Shown piece by piece: positions 1-12,380 of a stretch of DNA of 64,000 nucleotides; position 1 is the stretch's first letter, and every line of letters begins with the position of its first letter. The notes below the pieces were generated by a model that was not told where the DNA came from, did not search any database, and worked only from the letters and a program-made list of their open reading frames with translations. The stretch is taken from contig BCIN01000007.1 of NCBI GenBank assembly GCA_039545335.1, positions 620,001 to 684,000 of the forward strand, written 5' to 3'. Source of the DNA: Kondoa subrosea. Its lineage: Eukaryota. Position numbers and translations under genes: made by a program.

Positions 1-116
1 AGGACAATAGGTCTTGCTTCTGAGTAGCCAAGAAGCATATCTCACAGAGGCAAAGTCACGGAACAGGACAAGTGTTCGAAATTTCTCATGTCGACGAAAA
101 ACCGCCAATACACAAG

Positions 117-688
117 ATGAGCACTGGTCTGATCAATCCTGATTCGCAAGGGACAGTAGAGATTGTGCGGTCTCTCATATTTGGTTGGCTATCAAGCTGA
201 ATTCGCTTGCTCGCGAAAACAGCTACCTGGTCATGAAGAAGATTACTCTGCCTGTACATTTGTCCTGACTAAAGAGGATCACACTTTGGGCAATACTCTC
301 AGATATATGCTCATGCAAAAGTCAGTGAGGAATTGCTATGCATTCAGTCTCGCGCTGACACTGATAGTTCTGTTTCTTCGACAGCCCTCAAGTTGAATTC
401 TGTGGTTACTCTGCGCCGCATCCTTCTGAAGACAAAATTCATCTTCGAATACAAATGTATGATCGTCAAAATGCAATAGATGCTTTGATTCAAGCTTGCA
501 AAAATCTGGAAGACATGGCTGATGTGATGGGAAAGAAGTATCAAGAAGCTCTGGACAGGAATGATTACACCGTCGTGGAGAGCGAAGAACCGGTTGTAGA
601 TTGGGATACAGTGAAAGCGAAAGCAAGGGAATCTAGGGCGGAAAAGGCAAAGGCAGAAAGGCAGAAAGAGGAGGCAGCAAGGAGGTAG
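117..688 (+). CDS. RPC19: RNA polymerase I/III shared subunit AC19 (RPB11-like), 2 introns
   Basis: Spliced translation [72 protein letters not shown] contains the EDHTLGN and FCGYSxPHP motifs; GT-AG introns. Confidence 0.92.
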
Positions 689-899
689 CGCTTGCCTCGG
701 ACTGATGTATAAGTAAGTCTCTGAGTACTCTGGAGAAGATTCTATTTGCTGATTTCATTTTAACAGTACTATATCCACAAGCATATATACCTAAATTGGA
801 ATGACTTTTGAAAGATTCTGGATGCTTAGCTTTCACAACTCATCGGCAGCAGGCGGAGCTGAAGCGTTTCATTGATGCAACCAATACACTTCACGCCCT

Positions 900-1160
900 T
901 CGGATATCTCTAGTTCTCCAGCAATAGCTCGCGGTGAACTGGAGTCATGCGTTTGTTCAGGAAGAAAGCCGTGTATTGGTTCTCACATTCACACGAAAGG
1001 AAGCTAAATGAGCTCATTGGAAAGGAATAGAAAGGGCGAAGGGTCAGACATATGTCAAGTCTTGCTCGTGCTTCCTGCAGATTCAATCCGCCCAGCGCCA
1101 ACGAGATTGATAGTAATCTATGCTTGAGCTGTGATATCACTGCAGCCCTGGTATATCTGT
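900..1160 (-). pseudogene. Degenerate partial copy of the 5' end of the adjacent F-box gene
   Basis: Reads SPFLFLSNELI* then, after a frameshift, FLSCECENQYTAFFLNKRM, matching SPFLSLSNELIEHILLSCERKDRYKALFLNRRI of the 1220-2365 gene. Nucleotide similarity extends upstream (shared agctgtgatatc). Confidence 0.75.
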
Positions 1161-1219
1161 TTTCATTACTTGGCTGTCCAAAATATGTATATCGGATCTG
1201 CGGTCAATTTCCAGCATTT

Positions 1220-2365
1220 TTACATCCATTCCAGTACAACCTCGTTTTCCGCTGCCAGGTCCTATAGACAGATCAGCTTCAGCAGAATGCTGGGCGTAGC
1301 ACTCACCACTAGCTTGGCTTTCTCTACTTCCGTGTCACACATCGCTCTATCCAAATGCAGAGACCTCAATCTCTTATGCTTCAAAATCAGATAAAAGATA
1401 TAACCCAGATTAATTTGACTGTTGCGAAGGGCCAATTGAAAGACGCATTTGGGAAGATGATGCAGAGCAGCAGCGTAAAATATTGGTCCTGTAACGTCCA
1501 ACACTTGCAAACGATGTAATGATTTGATCCACAGTGAATCAGCTTGGTCCAAAGAGTCTTCGTCTTCCACACTCAAATGTAGCCTCTTTACCTGGCGACA
1601 ATTTTTCACGATGCATTGTACCAGATCTGACGTAGTCAATCCAGAAAGCCATTCACATCTGAGTTTATAGAAGGTGCCAGGCATAGACTTGAGAAGACTT
1701 TGAAGCAAGACCGGAGAAGTATTAATGTTTGAAAGATTGAGTTCAGATACAGAATTGGTAGCTTGCGGAAGAGCCAAAACAGATGTGGCATCGATTGATT
1801 CATTATGCCCATTGATCGTAAACTTCCTTATCGATTTTTCCTTGAGGAGTGTGAAAATATCCCTCCATGCGAATGTTTGAAGCGGACTAGGTGTTTCATC
1901 GTTGTTAATTATAGTCAAGTTCATAAGTCGGTGTAATCCCATCAGAGATTGCAGCCAGGCTTGCCGCGAGAAAGATGGGAATGCGTACAGCCGAAGCTCA
2001 TATAGGAGAGGCGTAAACTTGAGAAGTTGTAGCAGATTAGCGGACATGGTACTGATGTGTGAAGCGATAAAAGATTCGTCATCCAGCAATATTTCCTCGT
2101 CAAGGCGCCATATAATCGCTCGCACACTACTTCCGAGTTCGGGCCTAGTGATAATTCTTTCCAAGACATCTTGTGTCTGCAGCCCGCTCTGCACGACTAT
2201 CTCTTCAGCCAGAGCACGGCGAATAGTAATCGCGCTTATCCGCCTGTTCAAGAAGAGAGCCTTATACCGATCTTTGCGTTCGCACGAGAGAAGAATGTGT
2301 TCAATAAGTTCATTGGAAAGAGAAAGAAAGGGTGAACAGGAAGGTTGCGCCAAGTCTTGGTCCAT
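1220..2365 (-). CDS. F-box-like / LRR-like protein, one 3' intron
   Basis: Long ORF with N-terminal LSLSNELIEHIL and Leu-rich repeats; last exon DLAAENEVVLEWM*; paralog at 62670-63814. Confidence 0.8.
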
Positions 2366-2617
2366 GCTTGCTTTGAGCTTGCTGACCGCTTCCACCTTGC
2401 TGCAGTGGTATACAAGTAAGCTGTGATATCTGTCCAAGGGCCTCTGATATCTCTGCTGCCCGGTCTTTCGCTGTTCGAGACAAGAATATTCGAGCTGCAC
2501 TTGGTCTCTAGCCTCGACTTGCGCGCCCCTAGACTCAAGCTACATATACATCTGATCTATCTGCACATGTAACAGACCATCTTAGCCGTTTGACGCGAGA
2601 TCTGAACAAGTCGCATA

Positions 2618-4351
2618 ATGCCTGATGTGATTGTGTCTCATTTGCAAGCCTTGAAGCCTAGCTCACTCTACTTGTACAGATATTAGACGCCTTCGAACGC
2701 ATCCAAGCCTACAGCAACTTGATTGCTGATTGTCCCTTTGAACAAAACTTGGCTCTCACTCGAGCAGTCTTGCAACCTGCAGAATACTTTGAAGAACATT
2801 GTCTTCGCGAAGGAGAACCTCATGAAATCTCACTCTTCCGTCCTACTTCTTCTTCTGGAAGAGATGAAATGCAGCAACAGCAACAAATGGAAAGGATGAT
2901 GCGATTGAGGATGAGTATGAATGAAGCTCGTTGGGATGTTGGGGGACGTCGAGCTGGTCCGCAAAGAAGACAAGCTGTGGAGAAAGCAAGTCCGCTGAAG
3001 AAGGCTCAGATTGGAACGCAAAGTGATCCGGAGAAGTATCTCAGAGCGGCTCTCAAGTTGCTAGACATCTAGTGAATTATCTCTTTATCGTTTGAGAAGT
3101 TCATGCTGATAGTAGGCCTTAGTCCGAGTCCGCTGAAAAGAGCTAGAGAACATGTCGAGCAATTATTGGCCGAGCATGATAATCTAGTCGATGCTATACA
3201 GGATCGCGAAGAAGCTTTACAGGTAAGTAATCAATCTTTGTTCTTGATCAAGGACTAATATTATGTAGGGGCCTGTTTCAAGGGAGTCTTCTTCTAATCC
3301 ATTCACAAGCGGAAGTTCAGCAGAATCAATCGAAAGAGCAATCAAGCGAGAAGAGCTGGAGATAATAGCATTGACAGCGCTCAATGAAGAGCGAGAGAAA
3401 GAGGTGGGCATGCTTGCTCGTCTTGTTTGTTCAATCGAAATTGACCAACCAACAAATAGCTCAAATTACTGGATCAGTCTTTGCAAGCGAAGAAAGCGAC
3501 TGCTGCACCGCGAACTGTGCCCACGATCAAGAAACAGCCTTCTTTAGCTTCCAGACTACGGAAAGCAGCGGCTATTGAGCCTGTTGTCGAGGCTGAAGTG
3601 AAAGTCAGTGATGCTCTCTTGCCCATGACGCTGTGCTCATCTTTGCGGATAGAATGCAGTGGAAATCCCCACAGTTGGAGATGCAGCCGAGAGCGTCACA
3701 GTCGAGCAGTCGCCCCAATCAGAACAGTCTCACGAAACCACTCAAGCCGAACAGCAACCTGAGCCTGTCATTGGAGCGGATCCAATCATGAATGCTGAGA
3801 TCGTTGATCGAGTAGCAGTCAGTACTTTGCACTTCACAACTTAAAGAGCTCATTGTGTTTTAGGCAAAGATCAGCAATACTTTGAAGGATTCTTATGCGA
3901 TTGATGCAGCATCCCGTAGCGCAGCAGAAGTCATGTGAGTACTACTTAAACAACAAGCGTAGCTCGCTCATCCGATTTCAGGGACCTGCTGCAAAAGAAG
4001 AGCGAATCTGCAGAGTCTTCACTTCAACCTGTCAACCTCCTCGAATGTCATCTTCTTTTCCTCTTCTTCCAATCTCTTCTATCCCCGCCTTCGATAGTTC
4101 AGCCTGTTGTTCTTCTTCGCGACCCACCTTCCTCAGTTTTGATCTCGAACAGCGGTGCGAGTTTCTGCGATGCAAACGGAAAGATGGGCATGGTCCAGAT
4201 GAACGAAATGAAAGCTTGCTTGGTCAAATGGCTCAAGACGAAAGAATGGTCGGATGAATTGGCTACAAAGGCAATCTATGGATTAGTAGCCAAAGCGATC
4301 TTGAAGATCGACAGGCGGACAAGAGAAGTCTTTATCTACTTTGAGCCTTAG
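2618..4351 (+). CDS. SPC34: DASH/Dam1 complex subunit Spc34-like, with long C-terminal extension
   Basis: Spliced MPD|ILDAFERIQAYSNLIADCPF...LREGEPHEISLF and DPEKYLRAALKLLDIY...RAREHVEQL resemble Spc34 blocks as I recall them (IRDTEPHERALF; DVEVLL..AEKL..Y...AREHI). Confidence 0.7.
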
Positions 4352-4464
4352 TATGACTATAATGCATTGCGTCTACTCTGCATTACTGCCGTCCTATCCA
4401 GAGTCGAGCATTGCATGAGGAGAGAAAACTCAGTAGTACGCCTGTCGCGAACGTCAGCTTTCGC

Positions 4465-6792
4465 TCATGTATTTTCCCTGATTGAACTTACGTAACCATG
4501 CTCATCCGAACCATAATCATCGTCATCGTCAGTGTCTCCATCAATTCCAGCACTTTGACCATATGCTCGGCGAACATCCTGCATATGCTGAAGATCTTCG
4601 TAATCGTCATCAAGTTCATCGACCGAATGATAGCTGGACATCGAATTAGGAGAAGCGCGATGCAGCAAAGACGGAGCGGTCAATTGCATATGCGGACAAG
4701 GCGGGAGACTCGCAACTTCAGCGTCCGATAACCAACGCCAAACCATTTGACGGTCAGTTTGTGCAAGTTGATTATGCCCAGATCTCGAGTGCCCGATGGC
4801 ATAATCCTCAGAACGATGAAATTCAAAGTGTGGGAAGGGATCAGCCGCGACTGTAGGGTTGAGTTTTGAAGCAGTGGAGCGAGGCACTTGACCAGTGCAA
4901 CATTCGCGCTATCTTGCTGATGAGCATAGAGGGACGGGAATATCAAGCAACTCATGACCTCAGACCAAGAATGTAGAAGCGAATGGTATAGCGGTTCGTT
5001 GTTCGGCCTCGCAGTCCAATGGCTGCCCATTCTTTCGATATCTAGAGTATTCACATCTTCTGGCAATAGACCACTTTGTGTCAAAGCCCGTTCTAGCAGT
5101 TTAGTTGTTGCCTCGTCGAACGAAATGGTAGAAGGCACCATCTTAATCGCTGAAGTTGGTGACGATCGATTCTTTATGTTGTTGATATCGTACCAATGCA
5201 CTTGCAATCCAGCGTAATCGATGCCTTGTGCCGGCTCCTTATGTGATGCGTGACAAGCTGTAGATGTGCATTGAAAAGATATGGTAGCGCGAAAGAGTGG
5301 ATCGACAGAGCCAGTTTTGAGAAAGAGCTCGGGTATTAGGCTTCGTACTTGTGACTCAAAGTCTAACTGCCATTGATCTTCTAAAACAGGTAGCTGCCAA
5401 AAAGCGGCATTCCAATCACTTTCGACCGCTGATTGACCCAAAGGTGCGTGACAGAGTTTTTCGAAAGGAGTAAGCGTCATGACATCAGAGGCGCTTGGTC
5501 GTGGTGTAGATTGATGGGCGGCTCGCGGCCAAGGGAAACAGATCTGGTATGCAGCCAAACGTTGTGCGAGATATTTGGCGGCATTCAGGTCTTGAGCTTC
5601 TTGATGTGCTTGATCCAATGCTTCCTTCATGTTTGGTAAGATAGCTTCCCAGTATTCTTCGGTGAGAGGAGCGGAAGAAAGAAAGAAAGAAGCTTGCCAA
5701 AACTTGCATGAATCTGGAATACCGGCTGTCGACAGTTGAGACGCCTTGATAAACTTTTCAATAGCCTTCCTGCGCTTACGCCTGATCTTGCGCTGCTCTT
5801 TCTTTTGTTTGATCTTTGTATTCTGAAAGACCATTTGGAAGTTGGCATATTGATGATCGTATGAGTTACTCTGGTATGGACCGGATCTTTGAGGCAATGT
5901 CCCTAAGATGCCGTGCTCCGCCATATAAGATTCGTAATATGCCCTTCTGACGAGATGAAGTGTGAGATCTGCATCAGGATTCTTGTCTGCAACATTCAAT
6001 CTCTTGGCCCAGACTTCTATATTGGTCATATCAACCTCTTCGAAGTCTTCAAATCGAGCGTAAACCCGAGCAAAATCTTTCTTCAGGCATGTTACGGACC
6101 AACAACTGGACGGCTGCTCATATGCTTCGTTTACGCCAGTCCAGCCAGCTATTCCAGGCGTGATACTAGCATGCGCAAGATAAGGTTGGCGATGATTGCT
6201 CTTCAAATGATTGAGAGGGCTAGATCCTTTCTTGTATGCTCGGAACCTGGAGCACTGCAGACGCCTTGTAAAGCGCTATCGAATAGAATCAGATATAGTA
6301 ATACCCCAGAAAGGCGTGCTCTTACTATATTGGCCGACAATCTGGGCATAATCGTACTCCTAGCTGATAATTTGGTTCGAAACATGGGTTCGAGGGCAAA
6401 TCTTCTGCGTATTCTTCATGTATTGGCATGAGCGCTTCAGAGTAGCGAGAAATTGGAGGAGTTCGGCTGCAGAACTGCAAAAGGCACACCATGAGAGAAT
6501 ATACAGGCTGGAGTTGTACAAGACTAACTGAACAATCGCCGAACAGCATCATCTGCAGGTAGGTAGGCAAGCTCATAGTCGGCGGTGGAGCAGGTAAAGT
6601 GTCTAGATAGGTTCGTTTGACAGAGATTTGCCAGACAGACTCGCACTCCCTTGACAGCAGGATTGCTCGAAACGGTACAGAAACTCGAGAAAGCCGCAGA
6701 AGATCTTTGGGCTTGACATCCTTGAAGATTTCGAATAGCAATTCCGTGCTTAAGCTTTCAAAGGCTGATAGGTCTCGACTAATGATCTTCAT
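4465..6792 (-). CDS. F-box domain protein, multi-exon
   Basis: SLSTELLFEIFKDVKPKDLLRLSRVSVPFRAILLS..VW is a basidiomycete-type F-box, followed by Cys pairs (RLCPDC). The splice path around 6200-6325 is not firmly resolved. Confidence 0.72.
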
Positions 6793-7565
6793 AGTTCTGG
6801 AAGTCTTGCTGAAGCGAGACCAGTGACCAATGTCAAGCAGGATAGCCCAAATGAGCCGTGACCTGGTCAGCTCTTGCAGTACACTACGCCAGCTTCTATG
6901 CTGTTTCCCTCCGAGACTGCCTTCAATCAACTTCAATGCAAAGATCGCTTGTTGACTTGGTTTTCTACTTGCAGCCAATATTCAATCTCTGATTCCTCTT
7001 GCTCTAAATCTGCCCAGTGAGGTGCAGAGCTCTGAATGTAGCTACAAGCAGCGTTGACAGACGAGATGTGTTCCGTGGTTTCGAAAAACAGCAGCACTGG
7101 CACTCGAGTACTGACTTGGCATTAAACTATGCTGCCCGGTCGTTGGTTGCTTCCATATATCAATTATTCCATGCGCTATGTCTTCTATCGGCTTGTATGA
7201 GCTGTCGCCGCGACTGGTCCTACAATGCGCTGCTTTCGTGCTCTCTGTGTTCTTGTCTCACTGCGAGGCGAGTAGCTGTGCATAGAAAGCTTATAATGTG
7301 GTGTTGTGAATTCGTATTCGGCTGTACAAAGTATAGAGCGTAGCACGAAGACGGCATGCCCAGACTTCTGTCGTTTCTTATAGTTTCTATTGATTTTCCG
7401 CACAAAGCTGTTCAATGCAAGTTTGCACAGCTTCTTGGTGCCGCCGAACGTAAACTTAAGGCTAAACTTCCTCTGGCTGTGTGTCATACGTTTGCTGTGA
7501 TAACATCGCCCGAGCTTCCGCTTATAAGCAGTCAAGAGGCAGCTGCCTTTCTCACACCTCCACAC

Positions 7566-9090
7566 ATGACTAGCCGAACAAGTACCGCTAGGAATTCAGC
7601 TATCCGCATCCGCGATGCTCTGTCCAGTGACGTCCCCGGGATTACGTTGCTTGTCAATTCTGTTATTGCAGAAGGTTTACTCCCTTGGAACACTGAGCGG
7701 TCGGAAACAGAGACGTGGGATTGGCTGAGCGCCTTGATAAAGCATGATTATCCCTGCATTGTTGGTACTTCTTCCAGTGGGCTAATCCTGTGAGTCTAAA
7801 CAACTCTGTCTGGAACATCACGCTCATCTTTGTAGCTCTCTTGCCGCCTTCCGACCATTCGAACCAGTTAGGATTGGCTATGGCGTTGACTTTACAGTAT
7901 ATTTGGACTGTCTTGTTCACAAGGATTACCGACGCAAAACCCTGGGCACTCGATTGTTTCGAGAGCTTTGTCTGCACGAGAAGACCGAGAGTCGCAGACT
8001 ATATCTTGCCATGTGTTGGTCAATTCCGAGCCTGTGAAGGCTTGATATTGATATTGGGAATTAGGTACCAATCTGGCCTTCAATCAAGCTGGGCAACTAT
8101 GGCTGGAAAAACTTGAGTTCTGGCATTGCGGGAAGTGAGTCGAAGTCTAACTTTGGATCGCTCAGGGGCTCATACTCGTTGACAGCCTGGACAAAGTTGC
8201 AGAGAGGGATGGGAATTTTCACGATCAGGAGTGGTTTTCGACATTCCTATCGGGAGCTCCATCTGTTCGCGCTTGTGGCTTTCCTGAAGTGGAGCATTAC
8301 CCTGAACAATGCTCACCGAAGCAATTCACTCTGCCTATCGACCATAACAAGCTGCTGATCCGTGATGCAAAATGGTCCGACTTGCCAGAGATCGTTGGCA
8401 TTTTCAACCATGCGATCCTGCATACAAAATCTCACAACTATTCCAAACCCCTTCTGATAGTCGATCGCTTCGAATGGTTTAAGCATGCAATGGACAAGGG
8501 CTTCCCTTTCATGGTGGCTCTTTATCACGGTCAGGTGTTAGGCTATATCTACCTTGGCGGCTATCAAGCTGGAGAATGTTTCGATCGGTGTGTTACTACC
8601 AACACGCCTACTTCTTGAAGCCTGACCTTCTCTAGATGCCTTTCGATTGCGACCTATATGAGACCTGACATAACGCGCCAAAGGATTGGAAAGCGCTTGT
8701 TCGAGTGAGTCTCTATGCAGCGTGTGGTCATACCGTGTTGAAGAAATTCGAGTGCCGCTATTAAACATCGATATGTTATAGAGCATAAGATTAAAAACGT
8801 GGTAGCGATTGTTATGCACGATGTGTGTCTGTTACTTTCGTACTTCAATATGCTTACTTTGACTTCAGAATGCTATGGGTTGCGGTGCTGCAAAGAAGAT
8901 TGGCTTTTCGACGACAGTTAGGTATGCCAGAAGCAATACTCTTCAAGAATGGGCTGAAGCAGATTCGCACAGTGTTTCTCATTCTTGGTTCAAGTTCGGA
9001 GAGCATAGGTCGTGGTTCATTGGTCGTTATTGCCTGGATGAGGGGGACACAGCAAATGACTCTGGCAAAGGTCCCGATACTGATTACTGA
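7566..9090 (+). CDS. Tandem double-GNAT acetyltransferase (YncA/phosphinothricin acetyltransferase-like), ~7 introns
   Basis: Domain 1: IRIRDALSSDVPGI...VHKDYRRKTLGTRLF. Domain 2: LIRDAKWSDLPEIVGIFNHAI...GFPFMVA...YMRPDITRQRIGKRLF...WFKFG. Exons join in frame. Confidence 0.85.
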
Positions 9091-9146
9091 TTACTGAGCC
9101 CGAAAGTCTGTGTGCGTCTTGGCAGGTCACATTGTAGAAGCATTGC

Positions 9147-10487
9147 TTAGTAGATCATTTCCGTTGCCTGCAACTCTCTACCTTTGACCCAAGTCTTCAT
9201 CTGCTCCAACCAATCGATAACCAGCTCTCGTCTTTCCTCAACAGACCACATAGCCATGACCAATTCTCTCAACGCTCTTCCTTCTTGTATAGCCCGAAAC
9301 ATAGCTGAATCCTTCTCTTGAATTCTGTCGAACCAGACTTGTCTCAATTCTAGGTCCATAAACTCCTTGCTTTCTATTCTCCAGACCCAAGGAGGTGTAC
9401 CTAGAAAAGGATAAATCAGAATTCGCACTCTTTAAAAGCCAAGGTGACGATACCGATGTAAGGTAGACCTTCATCTGCTTCTTGCGGCGCATTAGCTATA
9501 GCCAAAGGTAAGGAAAGCCAAACAGGTCGGCGCGCAGGACTTTCCCAGTCTAAAATCTCCAAACTTAGTATGAGACCGCTACTACAGTAAGTCGAGCGAA
9601 TTACCTAGAAAAGCTGTCAAATGGCCTGTCTCCTCACTTAGCAGCACATTCCCTTCTTCGTGCTGGAACGCATTCTGGTCGAGCACCATCCATTCGAGCG
9701 AAAGACCAGTTGGATTTGGGTGTAACCGAATAAGTTGTGTCAAAAGAGTACTGAAAGAAGTATGAAGTTCCGAATCTGATTCTTTGAAACGCCAATCAAT
9801 CTCGTTCTGTAGCATTTGCTGCGTGTTGGGAGGCGTATCAATCAGAGCAGTATGAAAGAAGTTGTCTCGTTGAGCTACAGAAGCAGGAACCCCACAATGC
9901 GCTAATTGAATGAAGACTTCTGCTAGATCTTCAACAAAGACTTTGCGTTGATCTAAAGACAGTGTTGGCCAGACTTGAAACCAAGGTTGACCTGAGAGGG
10001 ATTTGGTAATTATGAAATCTTCCGAAAGACTGCTATCCAGGTCGACAGGCAGAGGAACAGGTATTGTAGAGTATTCTTTAGCGCCTACATCAGTCTCATC
10101 TATCTCGCAGATCAATGTATTTAACATACTTGCTACATGCTTGAGCACTTGAACTGTATCTTCGAAAGGTAGCATAGGTTCCGAACCATTCCGCCAACGC
10201 GCATAAAAAGTATCTCCAGATTGTGTATCTAGTCTATAGGTAGCTGCCCTGTTCTTATGGACAAGAGTTGCATTGGCATCTTGAAATGCAGCATGATTTG
10301 CTTCTAGGTAGAGTAAGAGGGTATCTATATCTGTCGACCTTGTTCGCTTCTTGTTGAGAAGTAAGTGGATGCCACAAAGTAATCCGCAAGCAATCGAAAA
10401 GATCTTGTAGCTTGTTGATCGGGAAACGCGTCTTCGTTTTGAGGAAATTGAAATTTTGCGCTGATGTTGCCCAAAACTTGCATACAT
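9147..10487 (-). CDS. APH/choline-kinase-like fold protein with N-terminal hydrophobic anchor
   Basis: IPVPLPV, FIITKSLSGQPW...WPTLSLDQRKVFVEDLA, GNVLL..GHLTAFL|DWE after splicing; basic N-terminus followed by a hydrophobic segment. Confidence 0.72.
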
Positions 10488-10833
10488 CGTCGTAGTTGAA
10501 GAGAGGAAGCATCAAAGCGTGTTTACTCAAGCGGCGCTCTGCCATTTCTTGCCAAGCAACCAAGTGAAAAGGGGGATTTTGCGATCGCCGGTATCGGCGA
10601 AAATTTGGGGGGTTTTGCATTTTCACATTTTCGAGCGGTGGCCCACCGAGCGGGAAGGATTTCATCAAAATAGCGAAGTCCAGTAAGAGGAAAGAGAGCC
10701 ATAACAGAGGAGAAGTGCAAGGAATAGTACTTTCCATGCCAAAACTCTGGAGCGAACCTAGACTTCTTTCAACTGCCATACCATATCAGCTTCAACCTCT
10801 TCTTTGCTGAAAGTGTACGCGACTCACCGCATC

Positions 10834-12250
10834 TCACAATCTAAAAGCTCCACTAACAGCACCAGCACCATCTTCAGCCCAACCAGCAGCATCTTTCAAC
10901 AATTTTTCCTTTTCCCAACTTTTACCACTAGGTAACAACTCTCCCAAAGTCAACATATTGCTTAACAAAGGTTGACAATTGAACAATTCTCCTGGTCGTG
11001 AGGTAGGTAAAGGTTTTAGAGCTTCAGTTGCTGATTCGAGTGATCCAGATAACAAGGAAATGACTGCTTGAGCGTTGATGACCTAATGTCTTATGATCAG
11101 CTGTTGTTCATGAGAAGCAAGGAGAGGAACGAACAGCTAAATCTTCCGCGTCTAGAGCAGAAAGCAAAGAAGTAGATTTCCCTAGGTCTCCTTTTACCAA
11201 AGCATAATAGAGACCAGGCAGAGCATCTTGTTCTGATTGCGGTAAATTAGGGAACAGATCATCGGCTGCTGAAATGTTACCGGAAAGAAGATGAATGTAG
11301 AAGAGTTGAATTAGCAGGATAGGTGAAGTCAAAGTATTAAGCTTAATCAAGGCTTGACACAAATCAGATGCGTTGACAAATTCCTGTACATCCTTGTCTA
11401 TCCGAACAACGCTATATTGCGCAAAGAAAGCAAGAAACGAACCTTGAGTTGAATCAGCAAGCCAAGTATCAAACAGCCGACTGCTACTAATCGAGTCTTC
11501 CAGAGTTGGATAGCATCTTCATCTTTCATTCGTTTCGCTTGAGTTAATTCACGTTTGCAAGCTTCCATCTATGTCTCTTCAGTCTGGTCTCTACATATAG
11601 AAGTAAACTACATAACTCACGATCTTCCATAATGCCGAAACAGATAGTTCTAGCTTACCATCGAATTCTGACAGACGAGCTTGCAGGACTATCAGAGGGA
11701 AAGGTATAATTGATGATAAGACGCCTTGATTGTTCATAGGCGGTAAGACATGAAAGAGAGCGATGACTTCCACTCTGAGCGTATCGTACAATCGTAGTTG
11801 CTGCAGAGCTTCAAAGCGTAGTTGCCAGAGCTTCAATCCATTCACATCAATGGGGATCTTTCATCACAACGGAGGAGGAAACACACATCAAGTAACCGCT
11901 CAGGCTCCTCTTCTGAGCAGGCTACGATATTATCCCTCGCATACAAAGCTAAAGCACGCCAAGATTTAGCTGCTCTAAGTTGCTCGACTGTTGATCCAGC
12001 GTAGATGCCAGTCAAGTTCCTGCTCGCTTTGGCTGCTGAGTTAGGGAAAGACCGTTCCAATAATTGACTGAGTGGATCATGCTGTCCTTATACAGCATAA
12101 GATAAAGAAAGGGAAACAGTCGAAACAGCACACGTTTGGCAGAGGTTGCAGATCTAATCTCGAAAGTCCATCTATTCGAGCGTGAGTCATCGGCACAGGC
12201 GAAGCAGGCAGGGGTATCTTCCCAGCACTCGAAGCAGACAGCAGATCCAT
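10834..12250 (-). CDS. TRAPPC12/TTC15-like TPR protein
   Basis: SWRALA, LWQLRFEALQQLR, IIPFPLIVLQARL, NAQAVISLLSG and LLSNMLTLGELL blocks resemble TRAPPC12; multi-exon. Confidence 0.72.
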
Positions 12251-12380
12251 CTTTCGTTGTGTCACGACAACAGAATAATACAAGCCAATGCCGAATCTCT
12301 GCAATGCATTCCGCCGGGCAATATATACAATCTTTCAGACCTTGCTCTTGCCTGTCCTTCGTCCTCTCTCATATGCTGGA

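Noticed and set aside
1902..2426. Long antisense ORFs (also 5913-6431, 30319-30804, 45653-46153, 60164-60688)
   Set aside because: They overlap real genes on the opposite strand and show no recognisable motifs.
6200..6325. Frameshift in the large F-box gene
   Set aside because: A 13-nt exon plus a 62-nt intron with a weak gtctgc donor can restore the frame, so a pseudogene call is not supported. The junction remains unresolved.
7356..7565. 70-codon in-frame N-terminal extension of the first GNAT
   Set aside because: Not similar to the upstream extension of the paralog; homology begins at the downstream Met.
10560..10660. snRNA or Helitron 3' end (hairpin plus AATTTGG)
   Set aside because: No match to the U1/U2/U4/U5 conserved elements I know, and no CTRR after the hairpin on either strand.
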